Shown: positions 54,701 through 64,000 of the stretch, piece by piece
Position numbering within the stretch: position 1 is the stretch's first letter
Layout: each line of letters opens with the position of its first letter
Source: Nageia nagi
Taxonomy: Eukaryota; Plantae; Pinophyta
NCBI GenBank assembly: GCA_050084985.1
Contig: JBITNC010000002.1
Span: 11,842,001 to 11,906,000 of the forward strand
Direction of reading: 5' to 3'
DNA length: 64,000 bases
Position numbers and translations under genes: made by a program
The notes under the pieces: generated by a model
Told to the model about the DNA's origin: nothing
Databases searched by the model: none
Seen by the model: the letters and a program-made list of their open reading frames with translations, nothing else

Positions 54701-57700
54701 CTATATACTAGAAGGAGGAGATTGATCCGTGTGAGTCATGGAAGAGACAATAGCACCATCCTCAGATCTCATAATAGACTGAGCATCGAAAAATGAAATG
54801 ATCTTCAAACTTAGTCACATTGACAACACTCTCTACTCACAAGGTAGGTGGTGATCTGTCTCGATCCGCAACTGGTGTGAACATACTCAAAACTAACCAA
54901 GGAACATCCTCAACCCAAAAGGTATACTAGTATACGTGGGGGTGAGGATCAACCCTCTATTGATCTATAGAAAATGTTGTGAATAGTGGAGTAACTTGGG
55001 GGTGAGGCGTTGTTGGTGAGTGACCCAAGGACTTTAAATATAAGCCCTATATATCCTCTCATGAATCGATATCAATGAATCATCCAAAGATGTAGATGGA
55101 TCTTGTATGGAGGCAGGTAGTCGGTTGTCTGAGAGGTCTAACCACTAAAGCACCTCAAAGACCTCGATGAACCAACACTAGCGACACCCATGTGCTTACT
55201 CCATCAATGAGGCTAATGCCCTAGCGAGGAGTCTATCGATCCTCCCCAAAGTTGTGAAGCCTTGTAGGTAACGAAGATAATGAACCAACATTGCCAAAGC
55301 CCACATCTTAAGGGGTTGGCACCCAAACTCTACAAGCATAATGTGGAGGGGGATGGTATGCTTGCTCTGAATGGAACGGGATAGAATGGAGTACAATCCC
55401 TCCAACATAGCCGCCAGGAAAAAGATGATCAAACAAAAAGAGAGGACAAAAGTGAAATTTTATTGATGTTCATGAGTGACCACAAGGGGTCAATGTAACT
55501 CAAGAAAGAAACAAGTCGGTAAAAAACGAAAATCAAGACTTAAAGTAACTAAGCTAAAGCATGATAGAAACTTTGTTTTCAACCGCATGTGAAAATAATC
55601 AATACAAATAGTAGGAAAAAAAATTAGTAATGTCTACCAAAATGAGAAAGTGAATGGTAGAAGACCAATAGTCATCATCAATTGTTCGAAATGATCCAAT
55701 ACAAGATCTAATGATGCACATGGCCATGAGCAACTTTGCTGGATTACCTAGGATTGTGTACAAAGTAGTCTCTTGAGACTCTCCTAATATCCAAGACAAT
55801 TGAAATCGTTGAAGATAAGATGTTGGTGATTTGTGTCTATCAAGATTGCTTGACAACATCAAAGCTTAACGGGTTTGTCCATTTTGTGGAAGAGATGATG
55901 GTCCTGGAGACTCTAGAAACACCATTGTGAATTATAACTACAGTAATAAATGATGGCATCACCCAACTCCACATTATCAGTTTCCAAATCACACTTTTAA
56001 AGTTCAATTACAACATAACCCATTTCCTATCAAACTTGATCCTTGATGGATTACACCTGTCTCAAGATGCTATCGGTACAATCATTACCCCTTTACCTGA
56101 ATATGTAACCATTCAAGGGTCTTTAGAGATCATATCTCCTATTTTGAACACTTAATATTACCATTCGATATGCAAATACCTATGATAATCTTGGTAGGGA
56201 CCTTCCAATCTATTACAGCAAAACATCATGTTACAAATGGAGGTCAAGCCAACATGCAAGACAAGCCAAGAACATTGTCTAATAGTTGTGGTACATAGCC
56301 ACTCATGCTGAAAATCTTTCATCTTCAAAGCTAGTTTAGAAGATGAAGATGAAAATCTTGATAAATATTGGTAATATTGTATATTGTAATCATGATCAAT
56401 CTAGGTGGGAAAAAACTCAATAGGTGCTAATGAACATTATAGATGAAATGAAGTTGGTTGATTTGAAAAGTATGTTTACAAATTAAGAGCATGGAAGCAA
56501 AAACAAAAACATAAATAAATAGGAGATTTATGTGGAAACCCTGTTGTGTGCATGTAAAACCATGGGGCAATGGCAGCTGCAAGATTTTATTAATCTCAAA
56601 TAACTATGCAGTTTCGCACTCAGCAAATACAAGTTGTCATTCTCTCTTTATAGAAAACAAAAGGAAGATTCTAGAAACAATGGTACATGCAAAATGCATT
56701 TTTAACAACCACGTGGATCCCCTGTCGCACAATTTGGGTTCAAGGTCAAGTAGTGGGGTTCGGTGCATGTGAATTGCACGTGGAGGAGGATCGCCATATG
56801 CTGCTATGACGTCCCCTTTGTTAAGTTAGTGAGACCAAAAGGGTCACCTTTGTAATATACTTTATTTATGTACTTGCATTTACATTATTGTAACTTAGGA
56901 TAGGAGACTTAATGGGTCAATGGACCCCACTGTGAGCCCCAAGTGGGATGTCTCCCTCCTAAGGTTAGAATTAGGCATTTATTATGTACTTGGAGATCCT
57001 GATAATGATTGTGGGCATCCCAAGATCTATTTGTGTATTAAAATAATGAACGGCCACTTGTATGCTTGTGCCATGCTTGGGGAGGACCCCACAGACCCCA
57101 TGTTGGCATATTATGCTCCTTGGCCCCTTGCGTTGGCATGCCTAACCTTTAGGTACCCACGTTAGGTGACTTGGGCCCCCCAGGAGGCCAACGTTCGATT
57201 AGATGGGCCTGGGATGACTCCTAGGTGAGCCAGACAGATGCTGATGCATAAATAGACACTTGAGCTTCATTACTGGAAAGCTATTGATTATTATTACTTC
57301 TACTACAATCCATCAGACAACAAGTCTTAGTGGTGCTAAGCAACCTTTCCCAGGCGCAACGTCTAAAGGGCATTCAGGCTGAGGGATCTTATCTGTCTAT
57401 GAGTGATGATCTAATATAGATCTCAAGCAAATATCAACAAATTCAATTACAATTAGACGAGGTTCCACGATGAGTCGGGAGCGGTGGAGGGTCATTTTTA
57501 GGGAGCGGCTCCGATTCGGCAAGCGGAGCGGCTAGTAGAAAATCCCTAGGATTTTTAGATTTTTTCATGTTCATTGTTTCTAATTCATTTTTACTATCAA
57601 ATATGAATTTAAATTACAAAACATAATGATAAAATCATAATATTAATCAAGTATGAATCTGAAAGGCAAAAATGAGAAATCAAAGCAAGCCATAATGTCA

Positions 57701-60700
57701 TTAAATCACAAACAAGTCTAAATCAGTGTAGTACATAATGTCATAATATCAACATGAGTCATAATGTCATAGTAGCAAAATGCCAAAGGCACAAAATAGC
57801 AAAACCATAACTATCAAGTATCTAACTATGTTTTTTATTTTAAGTTTTGACCTTTTTAAAAAAAAAAATCATGTGCAATTTTTTTTAGCCACTCCCGCCA
57901 GCCGTTCCGGTGGCGCTCCAGACAGAAGGAGCCTAGGCACGATCCACTCCAGCACTCCGGATCGGCTGAAGCACACTCCGATGGACTCTTGCAATCAAAC
58001 CAAACTAGGGCATCCAATATACTTCCACAAACACAATACCACCACACAATGCCAACTATGGGTCTTACTAACACATACACACCCTTCAATGCCAACGATG
58101 GGCCATATACAACCATACACAACACAATAATGCCCACAAAGCCAATGTCTAGCCAACACATGCACAAATGCTCCAAACGATGCCAAAACAGGAATACAAT
58201 ACTGAGATCCAAAATGCCCACAGCTTATAATATCATGAACGATGAGATACAATACATAAGCAAGCCCAAAGGGCTAACGTCATCCACCTGGGAGCTGAAC
58301 TAGGCCAGACAAACTATCTGATGATGTTGGACGTACAATGGGACAACAGCGTCTCCTCACAATTTGTCTCCTCCCCATAGAAGGGGCCCTCCTCAAATCT
58401 GGATAACCACTCACGTGGTAGAGACTCCCCCTCGGATACTACTAGATGGGCAATGGTCCTCTACCAATGTCGTGGATTGCCAAGATCCCTCATCTTGACA
58501 ATCCTCTTAGGTGCTCCACCTAAGGAATACACTCAACGCTCCGCTAAGGTTGTGTCCACTAGACGATATGTAAGAGTAGAAGTAATAAATATCCATTCCT
58601 CATCTATGGGGCTCCAAGCCTCCTTTATAGCCTTCTGGATCGCGGGATCTAGCCTCGAAGTCATCACCTAGATCCATGACTCCAACGTTAGCCTCTAGAG
58701 GGCTTGGGATGCCCAACGTGGGTGCCTAGAAGTCAAGCATGCCAAAGTGGGTTTTTTGGGTGCCATAAATGCTCATGTTGGGTCCAAGGGGTGCCACGCA
58801 TGCCCACGTGGGTCAAGGGATCATGTGTGGGGACCTAGGTGTCAAGTTGTGCCAACATGGGATCTAGGAATCATCCCAAGGCTAGCGCTAGCGCTAGTAC
58901 TTAAGCGCCTTATCCGGACCACAAGTTTACAAATTCGTCTTGGGATTCCCACAATCAATCCTGGGGATCTCCAAGCTCAATACAACATAAAAACACACTT
59001 AACTATACTTGGGAGGGAAACGTCCCACTAGGGGTTCACAAGTGCAATTAATGACCCATTAAATCCTATCCCAAGTTTACATCCTGCTAATGAAAAAAAT
59101 AAGACAAAAGGAACATTTACTAAGATGTTCCAAACGAACACTACTATTCTTTATTATAATACAAAAGGAACATCACACTACGGCACTAGTGTAGCACCTT
59201 TGCCCAACCAGTGGAATTCCGAGGATTTGCTTCTACCATTCAGTTGGATTTCCAAGATCAGAGGAGGGATCCTTCGATGGAGAGGATTCGGGTTCTGAGG
59301 GAGCATTTATGTCCCATGGTTCCGTGGTTGTGTTCAGTGATCGGAGATATTCTTGTCTTGCCCTAGTTGGCTCTTTGGAGGCCAATGTTTGCCCCTTATT
59401 GTACACATTATCATCTTATATCATTCGTGTAGCCAAAGGGCATTGGATCTCATATTTGTGTTGTTCATTCTATACTTGTGCATGCATTGGATTGTCTCTA
59501 CTTAATTGTGCATGTATGGGCCAAACGTTGGCATTGTGAATTGATGTTCATTGCTTTATCATTGTATGAGCTAGACGTTGGCATAATTACATTGTTGTGA
59601 GACGTATTTGCTATTCTAACCCTAACGTTGGCATTTGAGAGTTTGCATGTTTAAGTTTTGATGCCCTAGACCTGACGTCAAGGTTTGATTGTCCGAATTT
59701 GCTAGTTTGTAGTTGAATTTCATTTTGGATCATCACAGCTGCACCACACACTGTTGTAAAACATTGAAGATCTCAATATTGACTTCACCTCCTAACAAAA
59801 TACCAATTTGAAGTACATAAATATCAATGATATTGTCAAGTATTTGTAAATTTTGGTATTTAAAATTGAAATTTTTTATTATAACATGGATGACAATATG
59901 CTCTAAATTAAGTTTCAGATTGATATAACTATCATGATGTGTGGCGGATCAAACTCATCATCTTGACCAACAATCATAGGTGGAAGGACATTGTAACCAA
60001 ATACATTTTGTTCATTTTGAATTGATGAGTTTAGTTTCTATATGTAAAGAGACATGCATCATATCAGTCAGTTTCTACTTGGATTTGAGGCATTTAATTG
60101 TGTTAAAAACGATTATAGCTTCAAAGGTGATAAAACGTCATTATGTTTTCTACCTAATGTTTCATCAATATTCTGTACGTTAGTAAATTGTAAGGATTAA
60201 ATTGCAAATTTAATATTTTAAGTCTTTAAATTTCAGCATCACCTTGGCCTAACCTCAGTTTGTAAGGACTTATTGCATTGGCATTAATTGAAAGTTTTCT
60301 AGACCATGTACGTTTTTTTCATGTTCAGCTTTGAGGCTCAACCACCACGAGACTGCATCACCATCTAAATAATGACACATCTAACCCAAGAAACCACAAG
60401 TTCTATAGTATTTAAACCAATGTTTCCGGTCTTCATGAGTCGCAAATCGAGAGAACACAATTTCATACTGGAAATGGAATTGCATTTTTTTATTTGTGAA
60501 CTGCAATGCACATATTCTCTGTGACATATCTTGCCTCCTAGATGTGCAGGGGATGATTTATAAAAGGATAGCTGGTGATAATTTATGAAAGCCATTTTCA
60601 TGTAACTGTAAACCAATGATAATTTTTCCTGCTGAGAAGATAATTCTGCAATTTGGCAAGAGTTAGGCACAAAATAAATGCAAAAATATATATTTTCAAA

Positions 60701-62131
60701 TGATTTTTGCAATTTTCTTGAAAAGTAGGTGTTATTTGCTATTACCAAAACACATAATATTGCATTATAGATTAGGACAACATGTTTTTCATATCAAAAT
60801 ATTGCATAGTGCATAGGCTGGATACAAATAGTGACTAACATAGTGAGTACATAAATTTTGAAAGACATTTGGCAATGTTTCTTTGAATTTGCAAAAAACA
60901 AAAAAGGTCTCTCAAACACATCAAGCAATTGCTCTCTTTTTCCCGTTCATTCTTTCCTTTGCTGCTGCCCTAGATGTCCTTTCCCTCGTTTCATATATCC
61001 TTTCCCTTGTTTCATACTGCCCTGGATTGACTAAAAATTTATAAAACTTTTCCGTTTTAGACTGTTTCCTATAGTTTTTTGACGTCTGCCCGGCTAATTG
61101 CATTGAGATTCGCGACTAAGCAATTAATCGAGATGAACATTTGGTCAAAATCCACATATTCTGGAACATTCAATCAACATTCGATTCTACCGACTTTTTG
61201 GGCGATTATTCTTTTGCAGGTCAAATGCAAATAATCGCTGAACTTTAAACATTGTCGTAAACTATTTCAATGTTAAGTCTTGTCTATTTCTTCCTTTATC
61301 TATTTGATGACATTGAACGCATTATTCTTTCTCAGACTAAGTGAACAAGAACATCGTATATCAAAATTAGTTCATGAGGAGTAACTGTTCAAATATTCTA
61401 CAATGTTCAACCTCTAGGAATCTCAACATTACTTTCTAGAACCTATCTTGTTTATAATAGGACTAAAAATATGCAATGACTCACATGTTCAAGATGTGGT
61501 CACCTGACTGAACAACAGTAATTTTTACAAAATCCTTCACTGAAGGATACAGCTTCAGTAAATCTTCATGAACAAAATCATACAATTCTGCAGCGAATTC
61601 TATTCCAGTGGGCCCTCCACCAACAACTATAAAATGAAGTATCCTTTCTCTCTCTTCATTACTTAGATTAGGCAAGCTTGCTCTCTCAAAACAGTCCACT
61701 ATACTTGTCCGTATCCTTTGAGCATCCTCCACTTCCTGCATACATTAATATGCACGTCAAATTCCTTAATTAGATGACTTGGACACTTGAAAAGGGATTT
61801 ATTACTCATCATGAACAAAATCCTGATCATTTATACATGCAGTTAGTGTATACATCCCTAATTATTTATATATATGAGTATCATCATTGTTTCTGACCAA
61901 TGCAACCCAGTCAATAGCATGTGGCACCTTCAAAAAATGGCAATGTTCAACAACCCCAGGAGTGTTGAATGTGTTTGCTCTAGCTCCAACAGCAATAATC
62001 AGGTAATCATAATCTAGGGAAAAATCATCCTTTTCTTTGTCCATTTCAATATTAGAAGAACAAAGAACTTTCTTGCTTTTGGGATCTATATCCACGCACT
62101 CTGCTTCCCAGAATTCCACAGCTTCCTTCTT
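12702..62131 (-). CDS. NDB1: External alternative NAD(P)H:ubiquinone oxidoreductase B (type II NAD(P)H dehydrogenase, NDB1-like), 5'-partial; 8 exons in window: 62131-61928, 61735-61485, 51241-51024, 50853-50749, 44684-44412, 28643-28522, 13027-12908, 12789-12702
   Basis: The spliced exons give [56 protein letters not shown]-hand [40 protein letters not shown] and C-terminal FGRDSSRI*. Splice phases are consistent except for one frameshift inside exon 51024-51241. The NDB family call is firm; the NDB1 subtype is inferred from the Gln in [10 protein letters not shown]. Confidence 0.93.
12908..13027 (-). CDS. NDB exon ([14 protein letters not shown]...WLWYSVYA), followed by a GC donor
   Basis: Acceptor aacag| and donor AG|gcatgt; 120 nt, phase 2/2. 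Confidence 0.93.
13730..13823. repeat. 51-bp tandem duplication that also matches 12549-12589
   Basis: aataagttcag(t/c)g(c/t)aaagcttatctccacttagcctcctatag occurs twice. Confidence 0.85.
15275..16150 (+). mobile_element. Degenerate LINE reverse transcriptase fragment
   Basis: Remnants [29 protein letters not shown] and [14 protein letters not shown] match non-LTR RT motifs. Confidence 0.75.
16170..18342 (+). mobile_element. 5'-truncated Ty3/gypsy chromovirus integrase C-terminus and chromodomain, split by a solo LTR
   Basis: [16 protein letters not shown]...F*VGD | [12 protein letters not shown]...[12 protein letters not shown]...FHVSCLK...HLVKWKDL; PPT gggagggtaggg before 18343. Confidence 0.88.
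16418..17914 (+). mobile_element. Solo LTR (family A-related)
   Basis: tgtaacatc...ggattttata (terminal CA mutated to TA); 5-bp TSD GACAT (16413-16417 / 17915-17919); removing it rejoins the integrase sequence VGD-MVYLRL. Confidence 0.9.
19629..23230 (-). mobile_element. hAT DNA transposon with a decayed, intron-containing transposase (~20038-22420)
   Basis: BED finger (WKH...CNYCEK...KYH), DUF659-type [21 protein letters not shown], dimerisation region [24 protein letters not shown]; imperfect TIRs caaagttcaaaa / cagtgttttaaa; 8-bp TSD tttcatat / tttcagat; several stops and frameshifts. Confidence 0.9.
22508..22735. repeat. ~92-bp tandem repeat (about 2.5 copies) in the hAT 5' region
   Basis: tacacca(g/a)atcaac...aagtgta(a/g)agcatactctc repeated. 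Confidence 0.8.
24134..24800 (+). mobile_element. Degenerate gag-like fragment (Tat/Ogre/Athila-type gypsy)
   Basis: [12 protein letters not shown]...DLIDQNII resembles a CxxHxxxGHxTxxC..DLI gag motif. Confidence 0.45.
25552..26952 (-). mobile_element. Solo LTR, same subfamily as 16418-17914, opposite orientation
   Basis: Reverse complement begins tgtaacatccc and is colinear with 16418-17914; 5-bp TSD GATAG (25547-25551 / 26953-26957); internal 43-bp duplication at 26699-26783. Confidence 0.92.
28522..28643 (-). CDS. NDB exon ([14 protein letters not shown]...RHRFRPF)
   Basis: Acceptor ttttag| and donor |gtatgt; 122 nt, phase 0/2. Confidence 0.94.
32675..34800 (-). mobile_element. Highly degenerate Ty3/gypsy pol (integrase) remnant
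   Basis: LLREVHSS...YW...LGLY...[13 protein letters not shown]...[15 protein letters not shown] is a decayed SMDFITGLP / STAxHPQTDGQTEVVN; boundaries approximate. Confidence 0.65.
34830..36470 (-). mobile_element. Degenerate LINE with an APE-endonuclease remnant
   Basis: [13 protein letters not shown] (decayed GDFNAR), [23 protein letters not shown] (decayed SVVDY); boundaries approximate. Confidence 0.6.
36480..37100 (-). mobile_element. Retrotransposon gag fragment (Tat/Ogre-like gypsy)
   Basis: ORF 36526-36867: [16 protein letters not shown]...[15 protein letters not shown]. Confidence 0.8.
37347..38322 (-). mobile_element. Solo LTR (family B)
   Basis: Minus strand TGTCAT...CTATCA; 5-bp TSD AGATC (37342-37346 / 38323-38327); homologous to 18343-19270. 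Confidence 0.85.
38560..39955 (-). mobile_element. Truncated Ty1/copia element: 5' LTR, PBS and degenerate gag
   Basis: PBS tgttatcagagc (plus-strand gctctgataaca, 39613-39624); gag remnants [44 protein letters not shown]; outer LTR limit approximate. Confidence 0.8.
42973..43998. mobile_element. Non-autonomous hAT-type element
   Basis: TIRs CATAGTCG / CATAGTAG (rc); 8-bp TSD atactaac / gtactaac. Confidence 0.7.
44412..44684 (-). CDS. NDB exon with EF-hand ([22 protein letters not shown]...LPATAQ)
   Basis: Acceptor ttgcag| and donor |gtattt; 273 nt; EF-hand loop at 44619-44654. Confidence 0.95.
45634..45792 (-). mobile_element. Possible degenerate tRNA-derived SINE
   Basis: Minus strand: A-box-like tatcgagttgatgg, B-box-like gggatcgtaccc, ending in an A-rich tail atcaaaaacaaaaaaaaaaa; no clear TSD. 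Confidence 0.4.
45927..46070. repeat. Four tandem 36-bp units with an internal palindrome
   Basis: gttgagtgcaaagtccAAATTAGcttCTAATTTcgt at 45927, 45963, 45999 and a degenerate copy at 46035. Confidence 0.88.
46314..46716. mobile_element. Short solo LTR (403 bp, copia-like)
   Basis: tgttacg...cctaaca flanked by 5-bp TSD GGGTA (46309-46313 / 46717-46721). Confidence 0.8.
46740..49260 (+). pseudogene. Mosaic of PLS-class PPR gene fragments plus a decayed DYW domain, antisense within an NDB intron
   Basis: [77 protein letters not shown]; DYW domain 48851-49085: [47 protein letters not shown]; heavily frameshifted. Confidence 0.88.
50749..50853 (-). CDS. NDB exon ([14 protein letters not shown]...[15 protein letters not shown])
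   Basis: Acceptor tttag| and donor |gtccgt; 105 nt, phase 0/0. Confidence 0.94.
51024..51241 (-). CDS. NDB exon ([13 protein letters not shown]...[20 protein letters not shown]) containing a frameshift near 51118-51132
   Basis: Acceptor tgtag| and donor |gtttgg. Length is 218 nt where flanking phases need 1+3n. The first half reads ...RMKERK* (TGA at 51118-51120) and the second half ([18 protein letters not shown]) is in another frame. Confidence 0.9.
51604..52950 (+). mobile_element. Probable 5'-truncated non-LTR retroelement 3' end carrying a degenerate non-RT ORF
   Basis: A-rich end accaaaaaac; flanking direct repeat aagagg (51598-51603 / 52951-52956); coding-like remnant [10 protein letters not shown]...[11 protein letters not shown]...FHQG. 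Confidence 0.45.
53481..54190. mobile_element. Non-autonomous Mutator-like element (Pack-MULE) with captured gene fragment
   Basis: ~85-bp TIRs (gggaaaatatccaaaatacccctatattttaacc... / ...ggttaaaatataagagtattttagatattttccc); perfect 9-bp TSD AAGAAAATA (53472-53480 / 54191-54199). Confidence 0.92.
53806..54080 (+). pseudogene. PHY: Captured phytochrome N-terminal (NTE/PAS-2) fragment inside the Pack-MULE
   Basis: [55 protein letters not shown], then after a frameshift [26 protein letters not shown]. This matches the plant phytochrome pattern [15 protein letters not shown]...AYL..IQ(K/R)G.LIQPFGC.LA.D...F.VIAYSENAPEML...PHA.P. Confidence 0.9.
57402..59177 (-). mobile_element. Solo LTR (family A-related) inserted inverted inside the previous LTR
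   Basis: Reverse complement begins tgtgatgttcc; TSD ctatg / ctacg (57397-57401 / 59178-59182). Confidence 0.82.
57458..57991. mobile_element. hAT-type MITE nested in the inner LTR
   Basis: Imperfect TIRs cgaggttccac / caagagtccat (rc); degenerate 8-bp TSD caattaga / caatcaaa; CG-rich subterminal repeats. Confidence 0.55.
60614..61254 (-). mobile_element. Internally deleted hAT derivative related to 19629-23230
   Basis: 60895-60985 resembles 20015-20100 ([19 protein letters not shown] versus [19 protein letters not shown]); ends caatg / cattg; degenerate TSD ctgtaaac / tcgtaaac. Confidence 0.55.
61485..61735 (-). CDS. NDB exon with second Rossmann motif (EVEDAQ...[14 protein letters not shown]...[10 protein letters not shown])
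   Basis: Acceptor tgcag| and donor |gtgagt; 251 nt, phase 0/2. Confidence 0.96.
61928..62131 (-). CDS. NDB exon ([12 protein letters not shown]...VVEHCHFLK, 68 codons)
   Basis: Acceptor tttcag| and donor |gtgcca; 204 nt, phase 0/0. Confidence 0.95.
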
Positions 62132-62871
62132 CTGAAAAACAAAAAGGCGCAGTTCAATGAAAGTATCAATACATAAAAGTTTAGAATATAGTAAAACATC
62201 AATATTCAAAAGCACTAAAGGCTGCAGATTGTCGGTTACAAACATCTGATTGAATTCCACAACTGTAAAGCTTTGAAAGTAAGCAGAGCTGAGAACACAC
62301 ATGTATATTTGAGCCTCATATTTCTTTCTTCTATCTTTGGAGTGATTGAAGACAAATATTTTGCCAAGCAGATTTTGCAAATTCTGTTTGTTCCTACTAG
62401 CAAATCAATTTGTTCTATTTATGATATATTTATGATAAGTTGCAGATTCTGGTAATTCTTTTGAAACTAATCTGCTCACCAAATCTTAGATTTGAGTCCA
62501 TCGGTTTCCAAGGACACACGCTATTGTGCTCAATTCGATGAGACAAATCCAATGAGGTGGATTTGGTTTGGAGTGAGTTCAGGCCCGCTCAGGAAGATAC
62601 AAAAGATATATGTTGCAGCAATTGTCTTGTTGAGACAAATTTATTAACATAGGTCTTCCAACGACTCTAGTGCAGTCAGAATCTCAACTCTTAACGATTT
62701 GCAAGAATTTATAGCCCAACAAAATTTTATCGAGATGGGTTATATGAATAGAAAGAAAAAAAAGAGAAAAAAGAATAGGTACCCAAAAGATTCAGACCTA
62801 ATGCCTTGTGTAAAGTTTGGTAATACCCCTAAAATCACTCCTCTAAACTCTGACAAGTAACTAACAACATT

Positions 62872-64000
62872 GCTCTGATACCACTTGTTATGTATCCACT
62901 AGTAAAATAAATAAAATTGCAAGCAAGATCCACAGTTACAGCAAAATAACAGTAATGCAATGGCAGACAGAACAACATAATCATGCAATATAATCAAGAA
63001 CACCATGTGTAATTACCAATTCCAAAATATAACAAAAGTTCGCTATAGAATAGCAAATCCAAAGATCCAAGACACCCTTGCCGCTTCAAGGAAGGAAACT
63101 CACCAAGTATTCATGATGAGAAACAAAGATATGATTTCACAAGTTATGATGATTATGACCTAGTCATATTTATATGAAAATCTAACTAATGCACAAAGTC
63201 AAGCTAGTCCTGTGCTCTATAGCTGATAAGTGGTAAGGTTAGCATCAATCAAATTAATGATAAAAGTCATGCCATACCACGATTGTGGCACTTTCTATGC
63301 TTGTCTGCAAATCTTCATTTTCAGCTTGAAGAAAAATTTCCTTCAAAGAAACCTTCTTATACAAGTCTACTTTAAGTTCACATTGTTGGGGATTCACCCA
63401 AACTTGTCTACTTGTTTTAATGACCGTCTTTATACTCAAGTTTGTTCTCCAATTCTACAAACTTGGTCAACAGGTTCTAACTTTCTTCCCTCAATTAAGT
63501 TTGTGTTTTTTCTATTTTTGAGAAAAAGAATGAGCAAAGACATACACATTTGCATCGTCATCATCATTATAAATTTCATTGTCATAGTTTGCAACGATAG
63601 CTTTGATGCTTGAACTTGCTTTGATAAGAAAACTTCTTCTGTGATGAGGTACAACCTGGACTTTACCCTTGAATCTTTATGTTGAACCAACAATCATTTG
63701 CATTGTGATTTGTCATGCAACAAGAACAATAGCATTTCTATTTCTTCTAATTATCCTTATGACGCACGAGGAGAAGATTAGATCTGCAGGAGATGCGTAT
63801 GATCACATCCTTCTTCACTCCTTGAGTGTCTACACCATAGACCGGATCTTCGGAGACTAGAGAGCCTCCGTCCCATGACACAGAGCACTTACAGATCGAT
63901 TCTTAGAGAGTTCTTGACATAGCCACTCCAAGTTACCCTAGTAGAAGGGATCCAGGCCCCTCCATTAGGGTTTTCAAGATGCTCCGTTGTACTTTTGTTT
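62872..64000 (-). mobile_element. LTR retrotransposon 5' LTR end and PBS; internal region truncated within a few hundred bases
   Basis: Perfect PBS TGGTATCAGAGC on the minus strand (62872-62883) next to the LTR terminus ...AACA (62886); the LTR probably runs off the window. Confidence 0.7.

Larger units (their letters stand above)
56805..59737 (+). mobile_element. Solo LTR (family A) containing nested insertions
   Basis: tatgacgtcccc (terminal TG mutated to TA)...ggatcatcaca; 5-bp TSD GCTGC (56800-56804 / 59738-59742); colinear with 1072-2239 once 57402-59177 is removed. Confidence 0.88.

Noticed and set aside
61862-62380. ORF-track extensions of NDB exons (also 44388-44777 and 51118-51366) as coding sequence
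   Set aside because: NDB similarity starts and stops at AG/GT splice sites, so the extensions are intronic read-through.

Overview
This is AT-rich, repeat-dense plant nuclear DNA. The giant TE-filled introns suggest a gymnosperm (inference). One real gene crosses most of the window on the minus strand: a mitochondrial external type II NAD(P)H dehydrogenase of the NDB class (NDB1-like, with an EF-hand). Eight exons lie in the window (62131 down to the stop at 12702) and the first exons lie beyond 64000. One exon has a frameshift (apparent 2-nt loss) and the last intron is GC-AG. Four introns are 6-16 kb and hold nested Ty3/gypsy, Ty1/copia, LINE, hAT and MULE remnants, including six TSD-flanked solo LTRs. 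Downstream of the gene are a recent 3 x ~1.81 kb tandem triplication of the 3' UTR/terminator region and a complete non-autonomous gypsy element with TSD. The most notable observations are: (1) a 710-bp Pack-MULE with a perfect 9-bp TSD carrying a captured phytochrome N-terminal fragment; (2) an antisense intronic mosaic of PPR/DYW gene fragments; (3) a 30-bp/10-aa repeat ORF where RT-RH-INT should be in the non-autonomous gypsy element; (4) a solo LTR inserted inverted into a solo LTR of its own family. Protein assignments are from motif recognition by eye, not database searches.
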